Shown: piece by piece, positions 1 through 9,764 of the stretch
How positions within the stretch are numbered: the stretch's first letter is position 1
Layout: each line of letters starts with the position of its first letter
Assembly (NCBI GenBank): GCA_963705305.1
Contig: OY970067.1
Location: 2,272,001-2,336,000 of the forward strand
Length of the DNA: 64,000 bases
Reading direction: 5' to 3'
Source: an uncultured Methylomirabilota bacterium
GTDB taxonomy: Bacteria; Methylomirabilota; Methylomirabilia; Methylomirabilales; 2-02-FULL-66-22
Notes under the pieces: generated by a model
What the model saw: only the letters and a program-made list of their open reading frames with translations
Told to the model about the DNA's origin: nothing
Database searches by the model: none
Position numbers and translations under genes: made by a program

Positions 1-301
1 GCGCGTGCAGCTCGCCAAGGCCCTGGCGAGCGGCCCGGCCCTGCTGCTGCTGGACGAGCCCACCGGCGGGCTGGATGTCTCGATCCAGGCGCGGCTCCTG
101 GACCTGATCCGGGAGCTGTCCCGGGACCTCGGCACCGCCATGCTCCTGGTGTCGCACGATCTGGAGGTGGTCCGCCTGCTTGCCCGCCGGACCCTGGTGA
201 TGCAGCAGGGGCGCGTCGTCGAGGCGGGCCTCACGGACCAGATCCTGGAGGACCCCCAGGAGCCGTACACGCAACTCCTCGTGCATTCCATGCTGACATG
301 A
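1..301 (+). CDS. phnK: C-P lyase ABC-ATPase subunit PhnK, 5'-partial
   Basis: Walker B LLLLDEPTGGLDVSIQARLLDL and C-terminal GLTDQILEDPQEPYTQLLV typical of PhnK; overlaps the phnL start (ATGA). Confidence 0.88.
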   Translation, partial: RVQLAKALASGPALLLLDEPTGGLDVSIQARLLDLIRELSRDLGTAMLLVSHDLEVVRLLARRTLVMQQGRVVEAGLTDQILEDPQEPYTQLLVHSMLT

Positions 302-993
302 CCATGACGCCGCGTCTCGAGGTCCGGGAACTCACGAAAGGCTTCACGCTGCACATGCTGGGCGGGAAGCGGCTGATGGCGTTCGTGGATGTGCAGTTTA
401 CCCTCGACCCCGGGGAGTGCCTCCAGATTGAGGGTCCGAGCGGCGTGGGGAAATCCTCGCTGCTCAAGTGCTTGTACCGAACCTACCGCCCCTCACACGG
501 CCGGGCCGTCCTCCACACCGACGGGAGAAGCGTGGACTTGGCGTCCGCGCCCGAGTCGGACATTCTGGACCTGCGGCGCCGGGCCGTCGGGTATGTCAGC
601 CAGTTCTTCTCCGCGATCCCGCGGCAATCCGCCGCGGCCGTGGTGGCCGAGCCGCTTCTGGAGCTGGGGTTGGATGCACCGACTGCGCGGCGCCGCGCCG
701 AGGCGATGCTGGCCCGCCTGGACATCCCCAAGCCCCTCTGGGAGGGCTTTCCCGCCACGTTCAGCGGCGGCGAGCGGCAGCGGGTGAACCTGGCGCGCGC
801 CTTCATCGCCCCGCGGGAGCTGATCCTGCTGGACGAGCCGACGGCCAGTCTGGATGCCGCGCGGCGCGACATCGTCTTCTCCCTGCTGGCCGAGCTGAAG
901 CGGGCCGGTACCGCGCTCATCGCCGTGCTCCATGATGCCGTGCCGACCGCGCTCGTCGACCGTCGCCTCCATCTGCAGGAGGTTGAATCGTGA
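298..993 (+). CDS. phnL: C-P lyase system ATP-binding protein PhnL
   Basis: KGFTLH, GPSGVGKSSLLKCLYRTY, GYVSQF, PATFSGGERQRVNLAR. Confidence 0.92.
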   Translation: MTMTPRLEVRELTKGFTLHMLGGKRLMAFVDVQFTLDPGECLQIEGPSGVGKSSLLKCLYRTYRPSHGRAVLHTDGRSVDLASAPESDILDLRRRAVGYVSQFFSAIPRQSAAAVVAEPLLELGLDAPTARRRAEAMLARLDIPKPLWEGFPATFSGGERQRVNLARAFIAPRELILLDEPTASLDAARRDIVFSLLAELKRAGTALIAVLHDAVPTALVDRRLHLQEVES

Positions 994-1817
994 GGCGTTG
1001 CTTGCCGGTGGCCGGGGATTCCCGGGCGGCTTTGGCGGGGCGGCTGGCCCTGCTGGGGGGACGGATTGCCCTGGAGCGCGCCCGGCTGCCCGAGATTCAG
1101 TGGAAAGAGGACGGCTCAATGGTGACGGATGTCGATATCGCCGTCCAGCAGTATATCTCGGCCAAGATCCGGCAGGAATTCCCCCAGGACGGCATCCTCG
1201 GAGAGGAGGGGTCCGAACCGGCCACCTGGCCTCCCGAGACGCGGACCTGGTGGGTGCTGGACCCCCTCGACGGCACGGCCAACTTCGGTCTGGGAATTCC
1301 CGGCTTCGCAGTGTCCGTGGGCGTCCTGCGAGACGGGCAATCCTGGGCGGGCGCCGTATACGATCCCACGGCGAACTGGCTCTATCTTGCCTGCGCGGGG
1401 CTGGAAGCCTGGCTGAACGGCCACCGGCTCCGGCTTCGCCCGCGGCCGCTCTCCTCGCAATCCTTTGTCGCCATCCGGACCCCCTACGAAGGGGAGATCC
1501 CGCCATTCGTCGCGCGGTGGCTCCGTCGATATCGGTTGCGCCGGTTTGGCTCGACGGCACTGCAGCTGTGCTATGCGGCCTCCGGAGGTCTGGCGCTGAT
1601 TCATGATCAACGGGCATTTCTATGGGATGTAGCAGGGGCCGCCGCTGTGCTGCTGGAAGCCGGCGGGGTCCTGACCACGCCGGAGGGGAGCCCGTTATTC
1701 CCGGTGGCTGCCTCCGCGTACTCGGGCGAGCCAATCGCATTCCTCGCCGGGGATCCGCTCTGCCATCCGGTCGCGCTGGCCGATATCCGCGCCGGACGCA
1801 ATGGTGACGCGCCATGA
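990..1817 (+). CDS. Inositol monophosphatase family protein
   Basis: GEE, WVLDPLDGTANF and WDVAGAAAVLLEAGG motifs; overlaps phnL and phnM by 4 nt; GTG start uncertain. Confidence 0.88.
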   Translation: MRRCLPVAGDSRAALAGRLALLGGRIALERARLPEIQWKEDGSMVTDVDIAVQQYISAKIRQEFPQDGILGEEGSEPATWPPETRTWWVLDPLDGTANFGLGIPGFAVSVGVLRDGQSWAGAVYDPTANWLYLACAGLEAWLNGHRLRLRPRPLSSQSFVAIRTPYEGEIPPFVARWLRRYRLRRFGSTALQLCYAASGGLALIHDQRAFLWDVAGAAAVLLEAGGVLTTPEGSPLFPVAASAYSGEPIAFLAGDPLCHPVALADIRAGRNGDAP

Positions 1818-3031
1818 CGGAGAGGGGACATGCTGTGGAGGCGAGGCGATTCATCCTCCGGGGCGGGGACATTGCGACGCCCACCCGGGTGATCAGCGGA
1901 GGGGCGCTCGTCATCGAAGGGGGGCGCATTGCCGCCGTGCTGGAGACCACGCCGCCGCTGGGCGGCGAAGAGGTGCTGTGGGTCTCCGGCCTCATTGCGC
2001 CGGGCTTCATCGATCTGCACTCGGACGCCTTGGAAAAGGAGATCCGGCCGCGACCTTCGGCCGTCATGCCGGTAGAACTGGCCCTCATGGAGTTCGATCG
2101 CAAACTGGCGGGCCACGGGATCACGACAATCGTGCACGGGCTGTGCTTCACCGAAACCGACGGAGACTTCCGCGCCTACGCCGACTCCGAGCGAACTGCA
2201 GGAATCCTCCGGCAGGGAAGGACCACCTATCTGGTTCGGCACCTCCTCAACGCCCGGTACGAGGTGACGGATTTTCGCGCAGCGCCGACCGTCCACCGGC
2301 TTCTGGAGGCCGGCGCACTGGCGATGGTCTCCTTCATGGACCACGCCCCCGGGGCGCGGCAATTCAAGAGTCTCGCCGATTTTGTTCGTTATTACGCGCC
2401 CACCCTCGGCCGCGACCCGGAGTCTGTGCTTCGCCTGGCGGAGGAAAAGCACCGGCGAAAGCGGGAGGATCGCGAGCTCCTGGAGGCGACGGCGATTGGG
2501 CTGGCAGAGGCGGCCCGGGCCCGGGGGGTCGTCCTGGCGTCCCATGATGATGAATCCGCGCGGGACGTTGCCTGGGCCGTGCAGCGAGGCATCACCATCT
2601 CGGAATTTCCCGTATCCGTCGAGGCGCTGCTGGCGGCCCGGGAACACGGGCTCCACATCGTCATGGGTGCCCCCAACGCGCTCCGGGGGGGCTCCACCTC
2701 GGGAAATCTCTCGGCGCTCGAGGCGATCCGGCAGGGGGGCATTGACAGTCTGTGCTCGGACTACTATCCCGCGTCGCTGCTCCACGCGGCCGTCGGGCTG
2801 CAGGCCAAGGGGGCGACCAGCCTGCCGGAGGCCCTACGCCTGGTGACCTTGCATCCGGCGCGTGCGCTTGGGCTGGACCGAGACATCGGATCGCTGGAGG
2901 TTGGAAAAGCCGCCGACCTCGTGATCGTCAACCAGCGACAGGGTATTCCCGTCGTGACCCGGACCTTCCATGGAGGCCGGGAAGTGTTTGCCGCCGGATA
3001 CGGATCACTCGGCGCTGCCGCGGCCGCCTAG
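1814..3031 (+). CDS. phnM: Alpha-D-ribose 1-methylphosphonate 5-triphosphate diphosphatase PhnM
   Basis: PGFIDLHSDALEKEIRPRP, SFMDHAPG, ASHDD, SEFP, MGAPN, CSDYYPASLL. Confidence 0.95.
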   Translation: MTERGHAVEARRFILRGGDIATPTRVISGGALVIEGGRIAAVLETTPPLGGEEVLWVSGLIAPGFIDLHSDALEKEIRPRPSAVMPVELALMEFDRKLAGHGITTIVHGLCFTETDGDFRAYADSERTAGILRQGRTTYLVRHLLNARYEVTDFRAAPTVHRLLEAGALAMVSFMDHAPGARQFKSLADFVRYYAPTLGRDPESVLRLAEEKHRRKREDRELLEATAIGLAEAARARGVVLASHDDESARDVAWAVQRGITISEFPVSVEALLAAREHGLHIVMGAPNALRGGSTSGNLSALEAIRQGGIDSLCSDYYPASLLHAAVGLQAKGATSLPEALRLVTLHPARALGLDRDIGSLEVGKAADLVIVNQRQGIPVVTRTFHGGREVFAAGYGSLGAAAAA

Positions 3032-3175
3032 CGCGGCGGGGCAGGGAAGGCGGCGGGGTTGCGCTCGCAGGGCCTCCCGGCGTTCCCTGACAAGGCCCCT
3101 GTCCGACGCTTCCGGCTCGAACCAGCCGGCTAAGCATGCGTCTCCCACCTGTCGCATTGAGGAGGTGCCGCCCCG

Positions 3176-3904
3176 ATGGGCAAGATCAGCATGGTGATGT
3201 TCGACCTGTCCGGAACGACTGTTCATGACGATACCGGGGTGCGGGATTGTCTCTATGCGGCTGCGCAGGAATATGGCCTCACGACCACGCCGGAGGAGAT
3301 TCTGTACCACATGGGGACCAACAAGATTCACCTGTATCAATTCCTGATCGCCCGGGCCCGGGGGCGCAAGATTGACTTCGAAGACTTCGAGAAGATCAAG
3401 GATCCCGCCACGTACGCTGAGGCAAAAAGAGTGTTCGACCGATATCAAGAGCTCATGCTCGGCCACTACCGGACGCAGTGCAAGGAAGTACCCGGCGCGG
3501 CCGACGTGTTCCGCTGGTGCCACGCGCACGGGATCAAGGTGGCGACGGACACCGGTTTCCACCGGATCATCACCGAGGCGATCATGGAAGGCCTGGGCTG
3601 GGTGCGGGATCGCCTGGTGGACCTCTCGGTGGACGTGGAGCATGTCCCCGGGGAGGTGGGCCGCCCGGCGCCCTTCATGATCTTCTACGCGATGACCCGC
3701 CTCGGCATCCAGAGCGTGCACGAAGTGATCAAGATCGGGGACACGCCGGCTGACATGCTGGAGGGTCGCAATGCGGGATGCCGAGGGGTGATCGGCGTGC
3801 TCAGCGGTCCGCGGCCCGTCACCGACTGGGGGAAGTACTGGCACACGCACGTCATCCCGAGTGTGGCCGATCTGCCGCACCTGATCGAAGCCGAGTTCAG
3901 CTGA
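3176..3904 (+). CDS. Phosphonatase-like (PhnX-like) HAD hydrolase
   Basis: FDLSGTTV, MGTNK cap motif, GRPAPFMI, KIGDTPADMLEGRNAG; GAGGAGG RBS. Confidence 0.85.
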   Translation: MGKISMVMFDLSGTTVHDDTGVRDCLYAAAQEYGLTTTPEEILYHMGTNKIHLYQFLIARARGRKIDFEDFEKIKDPATYAEAKRVFDRYQELMLGHYRTQCKEVPGAADVFRWCHAHGIKVATDTGFHRIITEAIMEGLGWVRDRLVDLSVDVEHVPGEVGRPAPFMIFYAMTRLGIQSVHEVIKIGDTPADMLEGRNAGCRGVIGVLSGPRPVTDWGKYWHTHVIPSVADLPHLIEAEFS

Positions 3905-4002
3905 GCAGGGTGCACTCATTGCCGCCTGACCCGGGTCGAGCTCGCGTGACCCGGAAGTTCGATCGCCTCCAGAGAGCCTGTCGTTCGCACGGGAGAGGGA
4001 AG

Positions 4003-5097
4003 ATGCCGGAAACTTCCAATGCCGCCGTCATGATCGCGCCCAACAAGCCCCTGGAGTTTCGCCGGTACCCTCTTCCCTCGGTGGAGGCGGGCGCGGTGCT
4101 GGTCAGGATCCTGTGTTCCACAATCTGCGGATCGGACCTGCACACGTGGCTGGGTCGCCGGAGCAGCCCCACCCCCGTCATCCTCGGCCATGAAATCGTG
4201 GGCGAGATCGTGGAGCTGGGGAAAGGGGTCACCCATGACTCGGGCGACCGCCCCCTCAAGGTCGGGGATCGGATCACCTGGACGATCATGGACGGCTGCG
4301 GGAAATGTTACTCCTGCCGAGAAAAAGGCCTGATGATGAAGTGCATGCGCCTGAAGAAGTACGGGCACGACAGTTGCGAGAATCCCCCGCATCTTCAAGG
4401 TGGGTTTGCGGAGCACTGTTACATTACTCCGGGGACCTGTGTGGTCAAGATCCCTGACAATCTGACGAACGAGGAGGTTGCGCCGGCCAACTGCGCCCTG
4501 GCGACTGTGTCGGCAGGATGGGACGTCCTCAAGATTCGCCCCTTCGAAAATGTCCTGATCCTGGGGGCAGGCGCACTTGGCATCTATGCGGCGGCGCTCG
4601 CCAGCCACACCGGGTGCAACAAAGTGATCGTCACGGATATTCTGGATCATCGGCTGAACCTGGTGAGAGAGTTCGGAGCCACCGACGTGATCAACACGAA
4701 CGGGATGGAGGCCGAACGGGTCGTTCAGACGGTCCGGTCCTTGATCGGGGGACACGGGGTGGATCTGGCCATGGAGGTGGCGGGCGCTCCGGCCCTCATC
4801 CCTGTCGGGCTGAAGTGCCTGCGGACGGGGGGCCGGATGGTGCTTCACGGCACACCCCTTCCTGGATCGCAGTTCAGCTACGACGCTTCCGATATCATCT
4901 TTCGCTGGTTGCAGATCCACGGCGTTCACAACTACGACACGAAACACCTTCAGATGGCTGTGGACTTCCTGTCCCAGACGAATCACAAATTTCCATTTCA
5001 CAAACTGGTTACCCATCGGTGTGAGCTGCATGAAATCAACGCGGCGCTGAAGCTGGCCGAGTCCGCCATGGGGATCCGGGTGGCCGTGTTGCCCTGA
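4003..5097 (+). CDS. Zinc-binding alcohol dehydrogenase (phosphonate-catabolism-associated type)
   Basis: CGSDLH, GHE, structural-Zn CGKCYSC..C, GAGALG; ATG at 4003 after a purine-rich RBS. Confidence 0.88.
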   Translation: MPETSNAAVMIAPNKPLEFRRYPLPSVEAGAVLVRILCSTICGSDLHTWLGRRSSPTPVILGHEIVGEIVELGKGVTHDSGDRPLKVGDRITWTIMDGCGKCYSCREKGLMMKCMRLKKYGHDSCENPPHLQGGFAEHCYITPGTCVVKIPDNLTNEEVAPANCALATVSAGWDVLKIRPFENVLILGAGALGIYAAALASHTGCNKVIVTDILDHRLNLVREFGATDVINTNGMEAERVVQTVRSLIGGHGVDLAMEVAGAPALIPVGLKCLRTGGRMVLHGTPLPGSQFSYDASDIIFRWLQIHGVHNYDTKHLQMAVDFLSQTNHKFPFHKLVTHRCELHEINAALKLAESAMGIRVAVLP

Positions 5098-5147
5098 GGG
5101 TTCGGTGCCGCCGGCGCGCAGGAGGGAAGGCCCTTCCGCCGCGGATC

Positions 5148-5190
5148 TTCATCGTGCGGTAACGCGGATTTCACGTCACCGCCCTATGAT
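5148..5190 (+). promoter_or_regulatory. Pho-box-type promoter of phnDCEE
   Basis: TTCATC/GTAACG/TTCACG at 5148, 5159 and 5170 (11-nt period), 9-nt spacer, -10 TATGAT at 5185-5190. Confidence 0.7.
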
Positions 5191-5324
5191 ATCCCTGTAT
5201 TGAGGAAGAGAAGCGGCCCATCAGCGGCAACTGTCTTCCCCCTCCAAATCCTGAAAGTGAGTGGTAGACCACGCATGCATCAATGGATACGTCGCATCCA
5301 CGTAGTCATGAAAGGAGCATCGGT

Positions 5325-6374
5325 ATGAAAGGAGTGTCGCGGTTCCTGGCAGTTCTTCTCTCGACATCGCTCGTGGCGTGCACCCTCCTGGCGGGCTCCG
5401 CCTCGGCAGCCTCCTCGATCAAAGAGCCTGATACCATCACCTTGACCTGGCTGCCCAACAATTCGGGAGACAACCAGAAGGCCATGCGCGCGGAGTTCGA
5501 TAAGATTATCGCCAACGCCACCGGTAAGAAGGTCCAAGATAAATTGACCACGGACTACAACATCGCGATCGCGGCGATAGACTCCGGCGATGCTCAGATG
5601 GCCTGGCTCGGACCCTTCGAATACATGACGGGCCATGCCAGGAATCCTCACATCGTTCCCTTGGTGGTCGAAAGTGGAGATTCGGGGACCACGCAGGACG
5701 CCCTGTACCACAGCCGCCTCCTTGTCAAGAAGGGCAACGAGGGCCAGTACAAGTCGAGCGATGGCTATTCGATTGACAACATTGCCGGAAAGAGGATTTC
5801 CTTTGTGTCAACCAGCTCGACCTCGGGATTCAACATGCCGTCCTCGGCCATCTTGGCCAATTTCCACAAGCAGGAGAGGTGGAAAGGTCTGACCCGGGAC
5901 GACCTCATGCAAGGAGGCGCGGGCAAGTTCTTCCGCCAGGTGATGTTTTCGGGCTCTCACCAGCTGTCCTTGGCCAACCTCCTCATGGGCAAGGTGGACG
6001 TCGCCGCCGTGGATGACATCGACGTCATGAGCTACCTGGATCTCGCCTCGGGCACCGACAACCAGGAGGGGGCGGTCTATACGGTACGGAAGGGCGCCGA
6101 CGCCCCCTTTGCGGACCTGGCCGGCGCGCAATTCATCATCATCAAGTCGATTCCGGTCCTCAACACCCCCTTTGAGGCCAACGACGCCTTCCTGACTCAT
6201 GACACCCTTGAGAAAATTGTTCGGGCGCTGACGGCGGACGACGTGAAGAATAACGAGATGATCTTCCGCCCGAAGGGAAGCACCGTCGCCGGCCTCTTCG
6301 TTCAACCGCACGTCTTTGTCAAAGTCGAGGACGCCTGGTACAACCCGATGAGGCAGGTTCTCGGCATCCACTAA
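5325..6374 (+). CDS. phnD: Phosphonate ABC transporter substrate-binding protein
   Basis: Signal peptide, TTDYNIAI, SFVSTSSTSGF, GSHQLS; AAGGAG RBS before ATG 5325. Confidence 0.9.
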   Translation: MKGVSRFLAVLLSTSLVACTLLAGSASAASSIKEPDTITLTWLPNNSGDNQKAMRAEFDKIIANATGKKVQDKLTTDYNIAIAAIDSGDAQMAWLGPFEYMTGHARNPHIVPLVVESGDSGTTQDALYHSRLLVKKGNEGQYKSSDGYSIDNIAGKRISFVSTSSTSGFNMPSSAILANFHKQERWKGLTRDDLMQGGAGKFFRQVMFSGSHQLSLANLLMGKVDVAAVDDIDVMSYLDLASGTDNQEGAVYTVRKGADAPFADLAGAQFIIIKSIPVLNTPFEANDAFLTHDTLEKIVRALTADDVKNNEMIFRPKGSTVAGLFVQPHVFVKVEDAWYNPMRQVLGIH

Positions 6375-6512
6375 GGACTGAATCGCCGAGGGTGCCCTGG
6401 CCAAAGACCTCGGCAGAAGAGCTGACGATGAGGGGCGTCCAAGCCGACCGTGTCCATGCCTACACATGGGCGAGGCGTGTTTCGACGCCCCTCCGTTATT
6501 GAGGAAATCCGT

Positions 6513-7328
6513 ATGGCTTTGCTGGAAGTGAGAAACCTCAGGAAATGCTACAACGGGGCGACTCCGGCCCTCGCGGATGTCAGCTTTACAGTCAACGAGG
6601 GAGAGTGCGTCTCCGTCATTGGCTCGTCCGGGTCGGGAAAAACGACACTTCTGCGCTGTATCAATCGAATGATTGAGGCAACAGATGGTGAGATCTCTTT
6701 TGGGGGAGTTGTCGTTTCGAGGCTGAGGAAGGGGGAACTGCGGGAAGTACGAAGAAAGATAGGCATGATCTTTCAGCAACACAATCTTGTTGAGCGGTTG
6801 ACTGTCATCGAGAACGTACTCCACGGCAGGCTTGGGTACAAGTCCACGCTGGCCGGTGCACTGGGCAGATATACGCAGGAAGAAAAAAGGAAGGCCTGTG
6901 AGATTATCGAGATGCTCGGCCTGACCGAGCATCTGTATAAGCGCTGCGATCAGTTGAGCGGCGGCCAAAAGCAGCGAGTGGGCATCGCCAGGGCCTTGGT
7001 GCAAAATCCCAAGATGATCCTGTGTGACGAGCCGATCGCCTCGTTGGACCCGGGCACCGCAAAGATCATCATGGACCATCTGAGAAGCATCTGCACGGAT
7101 TGGGGCATCACTCTGATCATTAGTCTGCACCAAGTGGAGGTTGCCCTTAACTACTCGGATAGGATCATCGGTTTCAGCAGGGGGAGAGTGCTTTTCAACG
7201 GCCCTCCGGCCCGACTCACCAGCGAACGGATCGCTGAGATTTACGATTCGGAGTGCAATGGTTTGATACTCAACATGGGGGACCATTACCGTCCGGTGGT
7301 TGCGTCGGCGCAGTGTCGTGTGTGCTGA
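6513..7328 (+). CDS. phnC: Phosphonate ABC transporter ATP-binding protein
   Basis: GSSGSGKTTLLRCINR, ENVLHGRLGY, LSGGQKQRVGIARAL, DEPIASLDP. Confidence 0.93.
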   Translation: MALLEVRNLRKCYNGATPALADVSFTVNEGECVSVIGSSGSGKTTLLRCINRMIEATDGEISFGGVVVSRLRKGELREVRRKIGMIFQQHNLVERLTVIENVLHGRLGYKSTLAGALGRYTQEEKRKACEIIEMLGLTEHLYKRCDQLSGGQKQRVGIARALVQNPKMILCDEPIASLDPGTAKIIMDHLRSICTDWGITLIISLHQVEVALNYSDRIIGFSRGRVLFNGPPARLTSERIAEIYDSECNGLILNMGDHYRPVVASAQCRVC

Positions 7329-7378
7329 GCGGATGGGGAATACGGGTCCGTCACCCATCATGGGGAATCGACGCTGCA

Positions 7379-8164
7379 ATGCAAGTTGACGTCTTCACCA
7401 GGCGCCGGAACAATGCCCTGGTATTCTTCGGCGCGGTCGCCCTCCTGACTGTCGCCTCGATTGTCATTACCCAGTACAACATTGAAAAAGGGTTCACCAG
7501 CCTCTTCAAGGCGTTCGTCTGGGGGGGGTCCAATTTCTATCCGGACGCACAGTCGCTCGCAAAACTCCCGGATATTACAAGCAAGCTATGGGACACGGTG
7601 CTGATTTCTGTCGCGTCAACCTCCGTGGCCGGCTGCCTGTCCATGGTGTTGGCATTGGCCGGATCCCGGACGACACGGCCCCATGCCGCCTTCACCGTCA
7701 TCGCCCGGGGCATCGGCTCTTTCTTCCGCAACATCCCTCTGGTTGCCTGGGCCATGGTGTTGATGTTGGCCTTCAATCAAAGCTCCGTCACCGGTTTTCT
7801 GGCACTGTTCCTCGGTTCGCTTGGATTTCTCACCCGAGCGTTCATGGAGACGATCGATGAAGTGGGTGGCCACGCCGTTGAAGCTTTGCGGGCGGCCGGC
7901 GCGGCGTATCCCCACATCATCTTCCAGGCGGTTCTGCCATCCGGCATGCCCCAGATCGTCAGTTGGCTCCTGTTCATGATTGAAACAAACATCCGGGACG
8001 CCGTCTTGGTGGGATTCCTCACCGGGACCGGTATCGGGTTCGCCTTTGATGTGTATTACAAATCCTTCAATTACCACGCGGCAAGCCTGGTGGTGGTTGT
8101 CACCATCATTGCCGTTATTGCCATGGAAGCGATGTCGAATTATGTCCGAAGGATCATTCTCTGA
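7379..8164 (+). CDS. phnE: Phosphonate ABC transporter permease
   Basis: Hydrophobic, with EAA-like VEALRAAGA..IIFQAVLP and ETNIRDA..GIG. Confidence 0.88.
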   Translation: MQVDVFTRRRNNALVFFGAVALLTVASIVITQYNIEKGFTSLFKAFVWGGSNFYPDAQSLAKLPDITSKLWDTVLISVASTSVAGCLSMVLALAGSRTTRPHAAFTVIARGIGSFFRNIPLVAWAMVLMLAFNQSSVTGFLALFLGSLGFLTRAFMETIDEVGGHAVEALRAAGAAYPHIIFQAVLPSGMPQIVSWLLFMIETNIRDAVLVGFLTGTGIGFAFDVYYKSFNYHAASLVVVVTIIAVIAMEAMSNYVRRIIL

Positions 8165-9030
8165 TGGAAGTTGACGCGCAGTTGAAGCATTGGGGGACGG
8201 AAAACGGCCTGGAGGAAAGACGAGGCCTGCGGCCGGCTTCGACCATGCCCGTCACCCGCGCCGATGTCGCGATCCGGGTCACCCTGCTGGTGTTGGCGGC
8301 GGTTACCGTATACGGCTTGCTGAGCATGGATTATTCGGGCGTCGACATACGGCAGGGGATCGTCGATACGCTGAAGAACTGCCAGACAATCTTCCTGCAC
8401 CCGTTCTCCCACCGCCTCACGGTGCGAGATGCCTTTTCCGAAGTGGTGATAACGATCGGCCTGGCAGTTCTCACTACCGTGTATGGTGCGGTCCTGGCAT
8501 TGTTCCTCGGGCTCATGGGGGCGCAGAACTTGGCCCCGAAACGCCTGACAAATGCCGTCAAGGGGTTTGTCGCATTCATTCGCGCAGTTCCGACGATCCT
8601 CTGGGTGCTAATATTTGCGGTGGCTGCGGGATTGGGCAGCACGGCGGCCGTCATCGGCCTGACATTCCACTCGGTCGGGTACCTGACCAAGGCGTATGCC
8701 GAGTCCTTTGAAGACCTGGACCGGAGTGCCATCGAAGCCCTGATGGCCACCGGGGCGAATTGGTGGCAGATTGTCTTCCAGGCGGTCCTCCCGTCGTCGG
8801 CTACCTATCTGCTGTCCTGGACCTTCCTGAGGTTCGAGATCAATTTCGGCAATGCCGTGGCCATGGGGGCGGCAGCCGGAGCGGCCGGGATAGGCTTTGA
8901 CCTGTTCATGGCCAGCGGGTTCTACTTCGATCTGCGGGAAGTGGGGCTGATCACGTACTTCATTCTGGCCTTTGCTATACTCCTTGAGACGTTCGCCACC
9001 AGGATGAAAGCCAAGCTCCACCGTCAGTAG
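8164..9030 (+). CDS. phnE: Phosphonate ABC transporter permease (second)
   Basis: IRAVPTILW, IEALMATGANWWQIVFQAVLP, RFEINF..GIG; start could be 8245. Confidence 0.88.
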   Translation: MEVDAQLKHWGTENGLEERRGLRPASTMPVTRADVAIRVTLLVLAAVTVYGLLSMDYSGVDIRQGIVDTLKNCQTIFLHPFSHRLTVRDAFSEVVITIGLAVLTTVYGAVLALFLGLMGAQNLAPKRLTNAVKGFVAFIRAVPTILWVLIFAVAAGLGSTAAVIGLTFHSVGYLTKAYAESFEDLDRSAIEALMATGANWWQIVFQAVLPSSATYLLSWTFLRFEINFGNAVAMGAAAGAAGIGFDLFMASGFYFDLREVGLITYFILAFAILLETFATRMKAKLHRQ

Positions 9031-9047
9031 CGGAACGGAGCAACGGT

Positions 9048-9599
9048 GTGGAACCCGGCATCGGGATCGTGCTGGCGGTTCATCGAAGCGCGACGCATAC
9101 TTTTGTCAAGCAGGCGGAAGAGAGCATCCAGCTCCTACCGGGGCTCGGCGTGGAGGGGGATGCGCATTTGGGAAGGACGGTACAGCATTGCTCGCGGGTC
9201 GCGCGCGATCCAACGCAGCCCAACCTCCGCCAAGTGCATCTGATCCACGCAGAGCTGTTCGATGAGCTTCGGGGAAAGGGCTACGATATCCTACCCGGAC
9301 AGATGGGTGAAAATATCACCACGCGCGGCGTTGGTCTGCTTGACCTGCCAGCAGGCACACGGGTGTACCTGGGGATGACCGCGCTGGTAGAAATAACGGG
9401 CCTTCGCAACCCGTGTGTGCAATTGGATCACTTCCGGTCCGGGCTGATGAGGGCGGTACTGGGTCGTGATGAAGACGGGAAGATTATTCGAAAGGCCGGC
9501 GTGATGGGTGTCGTGCTCTCTGGAGGTGTGGTGAGGCCCGGGGATCCGCTCCGCGTTCAACTGCCGCCGCAGCCGCACCACCCCCTCGAACGAGTCTGA
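9048..9599 (+). CDS. MOSC domain-containing protein
   Basis: GLGVEGDAH, RQVHLI, GENITT, RNPCVQLD, GGVVRPGD. Confidence 0.88.
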   Translation: MEPGIGIVLAVHRSATHTFVKQAEESIQLLPGLGVEGDAHLGRTVQHCSRVARDPTQPNLRQVHLIHAELFDELRGKGYDILPGQMGENITTRGVGLLDLPAGTRVYLGMTALVEITGLRNPCVQLDHFRSGLMRAVLGRDEDGKIIRKAGVMGVVLSGGVVRPGDPLRVQLPPQPHHPLERV

Positions 9600-9764
9600 G
9601 ACACGTTCCAAGCAGCAGGCAGCAGGATGCGGATCGATCGCACGTTGATCTGCCAATTGTGGGTCATGGCGGGGCGGGCGTTGTGGCCCGCCGGATGATC
9701 CGATTGCGGTGCGGCCACGTGGGGGCGCAGAAAGGACGGCGCGCGGGACTCCGGCCAGGCGGAG

